Source of the DNA: Lama glama
Taxonomy: Eukaryota
Assembly: GCA_028534125.1 (NCBI GenBank)
Contig: CM052817.1
Location: 27,032,001-27,096,000 of the forward strand
Reading direction: 5' to 3'
Length of the DNA stretch: 64,000 nt
Shown piece by piece: positions 40,242 through 52,389 of this stretch. The notes beneath the pieces were generated by a model. The model did not search any database. It worked only from the letters and a program-made list of their open reading frames with translations, and had not been told where the DNA came from. Positions within the stretch are counted from its first letter, which is position 1; each line of letters opens with the position of its first letter. The position numbers and the translations under genes are program-made.

Positions 40242-43200
40242 CATAGACATTTCAAGGCCAAATCTCTAGGTCCTTTCTAGAAACAGCAGCAAATCCTAGG
40301 TGTCAGATGGCAGGCTACAGCAGTTCCACTGAGTCAGAGAAACATGGAAAAGGAGACATCTGAAGGGTTTTCTGCAGTGGGGCTTACAGCAGTCCTTTGC
40401 CACCACTCCTGTTCTGTACGGCTCCCGACTCTCCATCCCCTCAGAGCCTCACCCGCGTGCCCCTACTGCAGCACCTGATGAAGATGCTCTGGTATACTCC
40501 TCTCTGTCTTCCTGAACTTCACACCGTACCTGGCACAAGGCATTGCTCAGGAACCACTTGCTGAACAAAGGCATGGACAAATGAAGCCAAGCTTTCTGGG
40601 CGACCCCAACTGAAAGCATGTCTGTCTTCACTAGTGATCTGGAAAAGCTATCAATAAATAAAGCTTGGTTAGCAGGGAGGATAAGAGCCTCTGGTCAGAA
40701 TCTGAGGTTGAATCAGTGTTTCCTGAAGTATCTATACCCCTCTGAAGCTCACTGTGAGTCCAGACCATGCTTCAGCCCTGCTCAGAAATTCAATTATATT
40801 CATTCACCCAGTAGTGAATCAGCTCAAGAAACCTAACTCATGCTAAGGAAATTCTATTTATTCATAACTTCCACTGACACACAGTACTGCCCAGCAAATC
40901 GAGATCCTCAGTGTGGCAGGTGTGCTGACTGACTCTTGCCCAGGACAAAGGTCTACTTGGGAAACCAAATGAAGATCAGAAGGTAAGAACAGAGCCATTA
41001 ACCAGGAGCATGCAGAATGCTCCCAGGAAGAGGCACCCACCATCCTCGCTCCAGACCCATCACTTGAGTAGCCAGAAGCCTCAAGTCGGCCTCAGGGCTG
41101 CTGGAGAAGCTCTGAAATCCTCACAACAACTTTCTCCAGTCACCAGAGGCCTCTGTCACCCCCAACGCTGCCTCCTGATTGGCATGTGACAACCAATCAG
41201 ATTCTGGTGCATTTTATTTATAGCAGAAATATCCTAGACTGGCATCTGCCCAGAAAGATTCAACACAGCCACCCTTAGTTTCAAACATATTTAGAAATTA
41301 TATCTGGATTTTCCTACTACTCAATTTGTGTTCACAGGAAAGAAATGCACATTGGAGCCATAACCGAGAGGCAACAGCTCCACCACTCAGTATGCAGATT
41401 TAGATTAATGTCCATTTTGAAAATGGAGGAAAGATGAAAATTTCACCTTTTTCCCCAAAGGCTGAATTTAGGAAAGTTTCATGCTGTGATGTGAAGAAGA
41501 AGAATACAGGCTTTGTTTAGAGCCTGGGCAAGTCCTTTAATGTTTCTGAACCATAGTTTCCTCACCTATAAAAGGAGAAGAAAGGAGGTACCCCAAAAGA
41601 CTAAGTGAAATGTTCCCTCTATAGCAGCAGGCAGAGCTTGCCCTTAATTAACATATGTTACTTCTCCCTGTCAGTTCCTCAGCAACTCATGGACTCCTCT
41701 GTGTTGACTACAGTTCCAGATCAAGCATCAATGTTCAGTGTGCAGCCTTTAGTGAAAAGGACTTCAGTTTCCTTATCTGTAAAATGGGAACAGCACCACA
41801 GTGTTTTGTAAGAATTAAATAGGGTAAAAGCTACAAAGCTCTAGCACAAAGTAAGAGTTCCACAATATTAATCATACATTATTATTATGACCAATGAGAT
41901 CCAAATAGTACTAAGCACAGATTTTTAAAGTATTATCTGAAAATACATTACTACCTATTTCCTTAAGCTACTCTTTAAAACCCAGAAATAATTTGCAGGG
42001 TTTTTGGTTTTGTTTTGTTTTGTTTTGTTTTACTCATCCCCCACCCCCTAACAGCAACTCAGACTAAAGGTGAATAATACCAATTCCATGAGTAAATTAT
42101 TCTTAAACTTCCTCTAGTGCTTTATCAAGGCCCATCCTGGAGGGCATGATACAGCAGAGGTCCAAACCAAACTGGCTATAACACAAATCTTGGTTCTGTG
42201 GCTTTAACTCCATCAGCATTTCCTAGAATCACCAACCCTGAATTGCTAAAGCGTGCTATTTTGGCAGAAAGAGGCCTGCACGCAATGAAACAAACACCAA
42301 GATCTGTCATTTTGAGGCCCTGCTTGCTAAAATTGACATTTCAGTCACTTGTCCTTTCTGCTCTCTCAGAAACTCATCTTTCATCTTGATGCTTTCCTTG
42401 TCATTCTTGGGCTATAATTCAAAAATAGTTGCTGGTTCCCAGAGCACTTTCAAAATTAGCTGCTTCTCAGCTCCTGAGACCTTGGGTCTGTTCCAGTGAC
42501 TTGACATTCCTGGAAGGCCCAGAGGCCCCATCAGCCCACCCACAAGCTCCAGTCTGGCCCAGTCTCCACGACTCAGCTTCATCCTGAGGGTAGAGCTCTC
42601 TCCATCTCAGGCCCAGATTCCCAGACTGATCAATTTCATGGACCATTAAGCTGCCAAATAAAAATATTCCCATCAATTCATATCCGAAATCTTACCCCCT
42701 AACAGAATGGTATAATCCCAGAGAAAAGGACACATCTTTTTATTGGAACACACTTATGAAATATTCACTACATGGTCATCATTATCACTTGGATAAGGAT
42801 GGAGGAAACATCACCAACAGACAGCAGTCCTAGCACTGTGATATGCGTGTATTAGACACTCATTTACTTACAAATTGTGTAGAAGCTGAGCTCTGATTCA
42901 TAGGGCAGCGATTTGGGAAATGCTACATTCCACACCACTAGTAATGCCAAGCCTTCTTTTTTCAACAACAGCATTCCCCATCACTCTCTGGAGCTCTGCA
43001 GATTCTCCTCAACCTCATCCTTCTAAAAGCACACTTCTCCTAGCTCACTTCCAAAAGTGAATTCTTTTTAGTCAACTTGAAAAGGAAAAAAACAAAAACA
43101 AAACCACGCTTCCTCCCACTCCAAGCACTCCTGAAGCATACTTTCCAGTCGAGTTACACTTCAAAAACCTATTATTACCTAGCAGACAAAATTTTGCACG

Positions 43201-44474
43201 ATTTCCCCAAGAGACAAAGGACAGAATGGTTTGCTTTATTTATAACCACTATCAAATCATTAACAAACAATGAAGAAAAACTCTAATCCGTAATTCCAAA
43301 CCATTCATTGTTTCCATCATTGTCCATATGAACCTGCACATTTTATATACCAATCAATGATACACTGTCACTTTTTTCCTGATTATAAAAATGATGCCTG
43401 TCTGAGCATTTGTTCAATGCTTAGAAGACTAGCTAAGATTCAAATATTACAGAAATAAGATTGTGTAGAAAATAAATGTCTCCTGTAACTACACACAATG
43501 GCCTCTAATGCCTTCAGACCTGTCAGGGCTTCTTACTTCTTGTCAAATTGTGATGACTTGATCTTCCACCTTCCGTGTGCCTCCTCTCTTCCAGCTCTCA
43601 TCTGGTGTTGGGAGTTACTGCCCAACTCCTACCAGGGGCCCAGCAATCCCGGAGCCCGGTTATGATCAGAAGCAGTAGACTCACTGTCTACTTATTATCA
43701 CTTATTCAAATGCTGATAACTCTGGCTTCTCTTCACCTGCCTCAAAGGTTTATGAGGCTGAGTTTTGTGAGCATCTTAAAAGCAAAATACAAAAAAGAAA
43801 AACAAAAAAGCAAAATACACTGCAAATACCAAATAGGATAGGTTTCCTTGGCTCTCGCCCCATCATCATAGCTTGCCCCAGCACCCCCAAAAAAGTTCAC
43901 ATAGGTGCATTCCAACAGCTATCACTCCTGCTATAGCAGCAGCCAACCATGGGCACCTGCTCAAAAGAGTAATGACGCTAACATGAAATAATGCTAATTT
44001 TATTCCAGAGGCCAAGGGCTGCATTTCTGGTCAAGAGCTGAAGAGACAGCACAGGGACATGGGGAAAAGCTTGCCAAAATTTTACATGGGTGGGCCCTGG
44101 TAACCAAGGCACAGGACACTCCTCTGCAGCCCCAGAGGAAGCTTCTTTCTCAGATGATCTGAGTGCCCAAGAGCAGAATCTCCCCTCAGAAGATGCTATA
44201 AAACTGTTTCAAGTATCTAAACAGCTTTACCCAAATCAAGCATTAACTTATCTCCTACCTAAACTTGGCAGCACCACAGAGTTAATTTTATGCCAACCAT
44301 TCTTTGACAAATTAAAAACTAAAAGGGAAGTAGGAACTGGCCAAAAAGGAAAGGCATTCCACAAAGCACGACAGGCCAGACTTAGTCCCATCTTTTCAAA
44401 TGGCTGCATCACAGACCCTTTTACTGAGACAAGAAGGCCCAACAGAAGCCCAGAGGGTGCATTCTACTGCAACT

Positions 44475-44600
44475 CCTTCATTTTACAGATGGGAAAACTG
44501 AGACCCAAAGAGGTGGACTGACTTTCTCAAGGCTACAGAGTAAATTTAAGTAGCAGATGACCCCTGGCCCAGAAATAAGTCTTGGGAGTCCCTGGCTGGA
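44475..44600 (-). mobile_element. MIR
   Basis: cattttacagatgggaaaactgagacccaaagagg. Confidence 0.65.
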
Positions 44601-47512
44601 GATCTTTCCACTGAATCCCACCTGACTCTTTATCGTGGAGAGTCTGTCACTCTGCCTGTGACAAAACATTTCAACCAAAAGAAACACCATCAACACATGT
44701 CAACACGCAGAATATGCACTAATACGTACAATTAAAATGGGTAATCTGGGCTTAGCTTCCTTAAGTTTATTTGTTGGTAGTACAACACTGCTGAAGACAA
44801 ATGAACATAAAACAGTTTTTTAAATCTGCACAGAAGCTTCTAAAAAACATTCAAATCATTTGAGACATGCTGTTCCAATCAAATCTAATTCTAAATAACA
44901 AACCAAATATGTTTTAGAAGCGAATGCTTACTGAATAATAATGAAACCAGTTGAAGTTAGTCTCATATAAGATGAAACTTTCAAGTTCTATTGCTGTGCA
45001 AGCAGAGGACTGCCCTCCTCCTCAGAGGGATTTTTCTCGGGAAGCTGAAATTTATGTCAAAGATACGGACACATAAGATAATATATGTAAGAAGTTGAGT
45101 ATCAGACTTGACACACAGTAAGTATTGAACAAACGCTAGTTTCCTTAACATGGAACAGAAAAATAAGTATCACCTCCATAACTAGTAATACTTTCTTACA
45201 ATACTCTCCTAAAAGTCTGTCCTATGCCCCTGGAAAACTTAAGGTGTTATATCAGCAGGGTATTGGCTATTTTAATAGCATAACTGAAGAAGGTATAGAA
45301 ACACAACATTCCATTTATCTTAAAAGATAAATTTAGATACCGTGAAATCAGGGTAATCAGCGTAACACTGTTTTAGTATAATGGTAAGCCTTTCAAGTAT
45401 TAATTCCTGATTGATTCATGATTAATAAAAAAGAAAAAGGGGGGTGGAATTCAATGTTTGTTTCTCTGTTGGCAGGGAAAGAAAATAGTCATTAAAAAGT
45501 TGAAACATGACATAAAAAAGAGTTAACAGCTTACAGTATTCTATCTTTGTACATGTGGATTCTTACACCATTTAGTAGTCTTTCCCTAAATAATTTTTCA
45601 GGCAGTATCCTCGTTACTCCAGTTAACTGTAAAACGCCAGTATTTTACACTTCAGCACACTGATTTTTCTACTACCACTTTATAAAAGTTTTAGAAAGTG
45701 GGATTGTGCTGACTCCTTGCAGGTGAATTATTAATTAAAAGTATCCTTTTGAAGAGAGAATGAAAGTATGTTAAAAACACCTTCCCTGGAAAAGGATCTC
45801 AACTTTAGAGTCCTTTCTCAAAAATTCTGAGCAAGCATCTAGACCAAACCCAGCTTATAAAAGACCCTGAATGATTTTTCGGGGTCATCCAATAAGTTCA
45901 CGACCAAGGGACAGCTACAGAAATTTTGCATCTGTTTTCTCCCTGGAGTTCCAACTACAAGCCCATTGTATTCTACCGCCACCTGTGTTCTCAGCATTTC
46001 CCCCAGCGTGGAGGTTCCCCATCTCTCCACCAATGCCTTGTTTTCAAAACAGTGCCATTTCCAGGACTCTGCAAGTTACAATAAACAACTGCTGAGTAAA
46101 TACTGCTTTCAAGCAAACTAAAAACACAACAAAGCAGCTACCTAAGTTCATAAAGAAATCCCCCTTCCTGAAAGGTCTGCTACACGAATTCAGATATTCT
46201 TAATTGTCATAGCCATTTGAGGGCAAGATTTTAAATCCATGGTGGGGGTGGGGGGAGTCAAAGACTTAAGGGACCAAAACCAGAACAATGGATCAGAAAA
46301 GCCACTGTTTGCTTTTTAAATCAGTGAAATGTTAAAACAAATGACAAACCAAGGCCAACCTCACAAAGTTTCCTCATTTCTTGGAATTCAAACACCACTG
46401 CTGGCAGCATTTTATGACAACCCTTTAAATATTTTACCTAAGTCGTCAGGCGCAACATAAAGCGGGTGACTGAGGGACTTCTTAAAACTGGGTCCAGCCT
46501 TGTCTGAGCTTCGGACACTGACCTTAACGCTGGCCCTCCCCAACCACTCAATCCATCCACTACAGTCTGTGACAGTCGTGGCTTAAACTGAGCAGAGCTT
46601 GACTACAAAACGACCACACTCGAAATCTGATTTCTCCAATTTCTCATTAATTTTTTAATTCAAGCCCCACGCTCCTTCGGCCTTTCGCCCCTGACCCCTC
46701 AGTTCTAGATCCCTTCGCCGACGTCAAGATCACCTTTCATTGTTTCTATGGGACCCCGCTTCCCTCTCCCCGTCCAGCAATGTTTTCCTAGCACAAATGT
46801 CATTTCTAGCGTTCAACCCTCCATTCCGCCCGGCGGGCAGCAGAGTGGCTTTCAGGACCAGCTTCCCTGATTCGGTCCCCTTTGCACAGCCATTTTCTAG
46901 TTAAAACGCTCCCCGCCTCCGAGGAAGAAATGAACTTTTCCCCGTTTGATCTCGCGGCGGCTAGGCTCTGAACCCCCGAGAAGCCAGCCGGGTCTTCAAC
47001 TCCCCGGCAAGAGCGCGCTACAGCCCCAGCCGCACAGCGGAGGCCGGTGCCAGGGCAAGGGGGTGTGAGCTCTTCCCCGCGGCGCCCACCCTCACTTTTC
47101 CCTTCCGCAGCCCCTATCCGGGCGCACCCCCTCCAACCCTGTCTCCCCAGCCCCAGGCCCTGTAGACCCCCGGCTGCCGAGGAAAAGACGGCGCCGAGAA
47201 GCCGGAGGGATGGAGTCAAGGAGTGAGCCCGCAGTCGCCGTGCCACCGGCCCTGCGGCGCGGGCGCAGGGCGCACGGGACTCCGCAGCGGATGCCCGCTG
47301 CAGATGCGGTGGCAGCTGCTGCAGCTGTGGCTGCGGCTGGGCGGGCGGCAGTGGCCGCGCAGCCCTCGGCGCCGGGAGGAGAGGAGCAGCCGCCAGTGCT
47401 ACGCGCAGCCACTCGCCGATGCCGATGCCGATGCCGCAGCCCGGGTCTCTCACCAGCACTCCCGGGCAGCCCCGGGGTCCAGGGCAAAAGCAAGGGAGAA
47501 AGCAGGGCTCAC

Positions 47513-47750
47513 CGGCAGTGCGCGCGGCGTCCGCCTCGGCTCCGGCGCCCGTCAGCTCTGCTCCAGTCTCGCCCTGCCGGGAGCGCCAGAATCAGCTGCG
47601 GGTGCAGCGCACGAGCTTCCTACTTGAGACCTGGACGGGCTCCGACGACTGAGCATGCCCAGTGCCGCTCCGCGAGTCCCGCGCAGGGAGCGGCGCCGGC
47701 GAGATTCCACTTCTCCAGGCTTTGGCGGCGGCTGCGCGGAGAGGCTGGAG
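47513..47750 (-). other. APBB2: APBB2 exon 1 (5' UTR); TSS approximate
   Basis: Lies in the CpG island just downstream of GC boxes and ends at donor CCG|GTGAGC (+ strand gctcac at 47507-47512). Resembles recalled human exon 1. Confidence 0.85.
47552..47656 (-). promoter_or_regulatory. uORF in exon 1, 34 aa MLSRRSPSRSQVGSSCAAPAADSGAPGRARLEQS*
   Basis: ATG at 47656 (G at -3), TGA at 47554-47552, wholly within exon 1. Confidence 0.45.
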
Positions 47751-48403
47751 GGGCCCGACCGGGCGGGGGCCGATCCCGAGAAAGGCGGGGCCGGGGGCGG
47801 GAGCCGAGGAGGAGGGGGCGGGCCGCGCTCCTAGTGCGACCCCTGCAGGCAGAGGCTTCGGAGCCTCTCGGACTAAGGTTCCCTCATCATCTGAGAAGAT
47901 GACAGGGAGGCAACGCGCGCCAGGGAGCTGAGCCCCAACGCGATGCAGCCCGGCATCCCCTCCATGTGGCCCGGCGTCTGTCTGCACCAAAAGGCAGTTG
48001 GGTAACCTTATCTCTGGCTCGTCTTTTCTCCCACACGTCTGCACTCCCTTATAATGGGAAAATGTCCTCAGATGAGAACTGCCCACGCCTACCGAGCTGC
48101 AACTTGTAGGCGAGTTGTCCTTTCTTCTGCCTCCCTATCTAGAAGCCCAGGCAAATCACACGCACACACACACCATTCCTTGATGTAAAAATCACAGCAA
48201 GATCACCTCAAGGGAGAAACACACCTGCAGGAAAGGAAAGGCATCATTTCCTTTTCACCTCCAGGAACATTAACTGTAACTCAAATTTAAACAGACAAGC
48301 AAGGTCCTGATAAGAGAATACTCAGTAAGTAGTAATCAGTGCTCTGCCCCAGATCCTGGGAATGACATCCCCAAAGCATCCTTAGGGTTGTTCTTCACCA
48401 ATG

Positions 48404-48572
48404 CAGTGGTTTTGGAACTTGAACCTGCGTCACAATCGTCCAGAGGGTTTCTGCAAACACGGATTGCTGGGTCCCACACCCAGAGTCTCTGAATGAGAAG
48501 GTCTGTGGTGTGGCCCAAGCATCTGTACATCCAACTTCCCAGGTCTGGGAACTACACCTTCGAGAATCACTG
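48404..48572. mobile_element. MER5A between the two CpG islands
   Basis: Termini cagtggttttggaactt ... ttcgagaatcactg; internal aaacacggattgctgggtcccacacccagagt. Confidence 0.8.
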
Positions 48573-49489
48573 TTCTACATATGCACACAGCTTTACCTAG
48601 GATGTCCTTCAGGAGGATTATGCTAAAAGTAAATTTATAGTAACTGCAAAGTAATGGCTCCTCCTCACTCATCCTCTTCCCCAAACCTCCCGAATGCACT
48701 CCTTCTCCAAACAGCAAACTCACACCTCGCCAGTCTCTATTCTTCATGAGAGTACTCTATGAGGTTGAGGCCGGTGTTACTTTTTTCCTTCAAACATCAT
48801 AAATTTATTGAGGACCCACAAAGTCTTATAGTTAGCCTAGGGGTAACAGTGAAAAAAAAAAGCCCAGACCCCTGCCTTCACAGAGCTTAGTCCAACGAGG
48901 TGGAGCAGACATCCACTAAACAATCACTCAAAAATGTCATTTCAAACACGAAAAGTGCCAGGAGGGAAATCTACTAAGTGTGTATAAAAGGATGTATAAT
49001 GGGACCCTGACGCAGACTCGAGTAGGGTTGGAAGGAGTGTTGGGGGAAGATGCCTTGTAGAAGGAGGGGTTTCTGCATTTGCACTCCAAAATCGCTCCCG
49101 TGAACAATTTCCCTCAGACCCATCTGGAGGCCAACTGTCATATCGCTCCTTCCGGCAACACAAAAACAATTTTGCCACTGAGAAATCCCTATAAATACAT
49201 GAAACTTCTCATCCTTGGGGCTGTCTCTGCACCCCAAGATCCACCTATGGAGCCCGTGTACCACATACAGTCGGAGGCCGCAGTTTAATCCACTTTTGGA
49301 AAATGCATTCTGAATTTAAAAGCCTTCTAGTTCTAGCCTATGTCCTTACCGCCAACAGAGGCGAGGAAATTAGCTCAAGACTACCCCATCCCTCAGCAAG
49401 AAGGACGGGACCGGCCACCAGCCTTTCAGGCAGGTCCTTTTTCCGCAGGTACTCTATTCCCTCGGACCCCACAGCTCCTCGGGTTTCCC

Positions 49490-49960
49490 CAGAAGTCCGG
49501 CCTGGCCACCCCCTCTCTTAGGGTCCCAGGGCGGTAAACAGCCCCGTTCCCTCCCGGCTGGGTCTCCTCTGGACCCGGAGGAAAACCCGCGGTGGAGTCC
49601 TCGGCTGGCGGGGCGGGGCGGGGCGACGCGCGCAGGCGCAGTGGCCGCCAGGTTGGGCCCAGGAGGCGCCCGGCTCCACACCTGATGCAATCAGCCTTCC
49701 GGAAACGGGTCCGGCGGCCGCACGCACGCAGGAAGCGCTTCTGCGCCCTCCCCCGGCCGCAGCGCCCTCCGCCTGGCTTCCGAGCCGCCTCGCCGCCCGG
49801 CTTCGCCCGGGGCGGAGGGCGACGTTCGGCGTCCCACTGGAAGCCCGCAGGCGGAGTCGGGAAGTCACCGCCAGAAAAAGCAAAATCCTTGGCTGCCCTA
49901 ATAGTGACGCGGAAACGGCCACCGAACGTTCCGTGGCTGCAGGAGGAAATTCCCTTAATT
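49490..49960. promoter_or_regulatory. Second (upstream) CpG island, promoter-like
   Basis: Tandem GGGGCG boxes 49607-49625, NRF1-like GCGCAGGCGCA 49630-49640, C/EBP-ATF TGATGCAAT 49683-49691, ETS-like TTCCGGAA 49697-49704, and TGACG/CGGAAA near 49904. Confidence 0.8.
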
Positions 49961-51299
49961 ATGTATTTCCAGAAAGGATGGGCTGGGGTGGGGGAGCTTT
50001 TAACCTTCCTTTGCTTGCTTGCTTCCTCCTTCGTCCTCCTCCCGAGACACAGCTTCTTTCTTCCGTACGGAAAGGGACGTTTATAGTAGTAGCCGTTTTC
50101 AGGCAGTCTGGGGAAGACTCCCTGATGCCACCCCCTCCCGTGTTGCGCCCCCCACCTCCCCCCGTCTTGCTTCATTTGTAACAGCACGTTATCTCTGCTA
50201 CATAAAGCGTTCCACCAAGCACTCATTTTATAAATAAGTAATTGGTTTCTGTATACCTCATTTCAGTTTACAAAGAAAATCATTTCTCGTTTCACCACCT
50301 CATGCAATTTTGATATCTATTGTGAGTGGATTTTTTTTCCTTCCATGCTGACTCACCCATGAATTGTTTTCCAAGGAAATGAAATATTCCAAAAGAATGT
50401 TTATAAAAAGCATGGAAGCAAAAATTAACTCTGTAAGTCCTTTAGGACCAAAGAGGGAAAGAAAAGGCAGATTCTAGGAATTTTAGTTGAAAGGATACTT
50501 AGATCATTCTAGAATCAAGTCTGGATCAACTCTTAGATGTTACAGAGGACCTCTCTGTGGCCCATAGAGGTAAATAACTTTTCCTTACTTAACAGACCAA
50601 TCAGCAGAACTGGCCCTTGAATACGGATTTGACATTTCAGTCTAATGAAAAAATATATTTGTTATTTGCACAAACACTATACAAAGTGGAAGACTTCTTT
50701 TTTTCTTCAGTCCAAAGATTACAAAGTACAAAATGGGGGCAACAAAAAGAGATCCTATTACTTATTCCTACTTCTGAAATCATTGGTCTTTAAATAGTCC
50801 TTGATGTATCCAACGACTATACAATCTATCCAGCTATTTCTAAGATAACCAGAGGCAAGGCATTAAAAATTTCAATTACAGTGGAATGGAATTCTTCAGA
50901 AATTCCAGACATGAAGAAATCTTTTAAGTCAACATTTAGAGCTTCTAGTATTTTCGCTTGATCGTGTGATGTATGAACTGTTTGAGGTTAAACCAAGGGA
51001 ATTTTAATGATCACAACAAAATGCTAGGATTATGATTCGCCACTGTAATGGTTAAAAATACTTTAACAAAATGGAAATCAAAGTGAGATACAAAAATAAC
51101 TGCAAAACTCATACCTACAATAAGAACTTTTCAGAACCCTATCTACTTTTTTATCTTGATGAATGTGTATTTCTTTTTTGGAATGTTCTGACATTTAGAG
51201 ATCTGGATAATACCTTTACTTATACAAAAATAGAGTCAAAAGAATGTCAAAATGCAGAGGTGTAAAGTACAAATTCATCACAATCAGGTACTAGTTACA

Positions 51300-51545
51300 G
51301 ACTAGCTAACCTTTATTGAGTGCTCAGCCTGTGCCAGACACTGGCTAAGGGTTTTACATAGGTTATTTAACTTAATCTCACAATTACCATATGAGTTAGG
51401 TTATCCCTATGTTATCCCTGTTATTAGGTAATAGAAATGAAGTTTGAGAATGTGGGGTCACTAACTCAAGGCACAACAAACCCATTCAGTGGCAGAACTG
51501 GGATTTGAACCATGCTGTTTGCCTGGAGCTTGAACTCTTAAATAA
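51300..51545 (-). mobile_element. MIR
   Basis: ttttattgagtgctcagcctgtgccagacactgg...gtggcagaactgggatttgaacc. Confidence 0.72.
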
Positions 51546-51837
51546 CACTTTATACAGAAAAATGTAAATACAGAGAAAAGGACTGTGATTTTTGTCTCAC
51601 ATAGAAAAGGTATTGTACTTACTCTCCTTCCAAAGATAGGACCTCGTAAGATTACTTTGTTGTCTGCAGTAGGAAAGAACCTGTTCCTAAGTAATGAATT
51701 ATAGTCCCCAAACTTAGACCAATCTTACCACAGATATAAGGCAGATAATCAAATACCTAGTGACTTGGGGATGGGGGGGGGCCAACAAGGCCTCCCCTCT
51801 GATGGACTGTCTCCGTGTCTAGCTGGTTCCTCTAGTC

Positions 51838-52043
51838 CTAAACTATCCAATATGGTATCCAACATGGCACTAGCCACATACGGTTATTTAATTTATATTA
51901 ATTAAAACTAGAATTAAAATTTCAGTTCCTCAGTCACATTAGCCCCAAGTGTTCAACGGCTACATGGGCTAATGGCTGCAGTACTGGACAGTGCAAGTAT
52001 AAAATACTTTCATCACTACAGAAAATGTTATTGGACAGTGCTG
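51838..52043. mobile_element. MER3 (hAT MITE)
   Basis: aaaatttcagttcctcagtcacattagcc...gtactggacagtgca...ttcatcactacagaaaatgttattggacagtgctg. Confidence 0.82.
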
Positions 52044-52199
52044 CTCTCATCCTTTATCCCAACAGTGTCAAGACTTTAATCTCTCCTCATATTTCACCAT
52101 TCCTCCTCTGAGAGGAACCATGTTTCTAGCTCTGTCTAGTTTTTCCCTGAGCTTTAGTCCTATTTTTCCAAATTAAAACTATTATGTTGAATACTATCA

Positions 52200-52385
52200 T
52201 GGAAAGATACGGGCTTTGCAGTAAGATCTTATCTCAATCCCAGCTCTTTTATTTACCATTTCTGTGACCTTGGGCAAGTTACTCAACTTCATTGAACCTT
52301 GATTTTCTTATCTAGAAAATGAACATCTTAATCTTTTTATCATCAGTTTGTTTAGGGTTAAGTGAAATAACACATGTAAATCATC
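52200..52385 (+). mobile_element. MIR
   Basis: ctgtgaccttgggcaagttactcaacttc...aagtgaaataacacatgtaaa. Confidence 0.72.
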
Positions 52386-52389
52386 TGGT

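Larger units (their letters stand above)
1..47750 (-). other. APBB2: 5' portion of the APBB2 transcription unit (non-coding exons 1-2, intron 1, start of intron 2); the CDS lies beyond the left edge
   Basis: Two minus-strand segments with canonical splice sites match, in order, the human APBB2 5' UTR as I recall it (GCCGCCGCCAAAGCCTGGAGAAGTGGAATCTCG...TCTCAAGTAGGAAGCT..., then GTTGGAG...CCAAGCATGCTGTGGTCGGA.CTGCCCAGCCGTGGAACAGAAA...AAGCAAAATCAG). Identification is from memory, not BLAST. Confidence 0.88.
46820..47980. promoter_or_regulatory. CpG island / main APBB2 promoter with GC boxes
   Basis: Very GC- and CpG-rich compared with the AT-rich flanks. GGGCGG boxes near 47761, 47795 and 47816. 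No TATA box seen. Confidence 0.9.

Noticed and set aside
46806-48086. Several long overlapping ORFs (133-230 aa) on both strands
   Set aside because: These are expected from stop-codon scarcity in a CpG island. They are Ala/Arg/Gly/Pro-rich with no domain, several use non-ATG starts, and several cross the exon-1 donor.
49426-50226. 266-aa and 164-aa ORFs over the second CpG island
   Set aside because: Same GC artefact, with no recognisable protein family.
51399-51425. GTTATCCCT tandem loosely resembling an I-SceI site
   Set aside because: Not an 18-bp match; it is a small duplication within a MIR.
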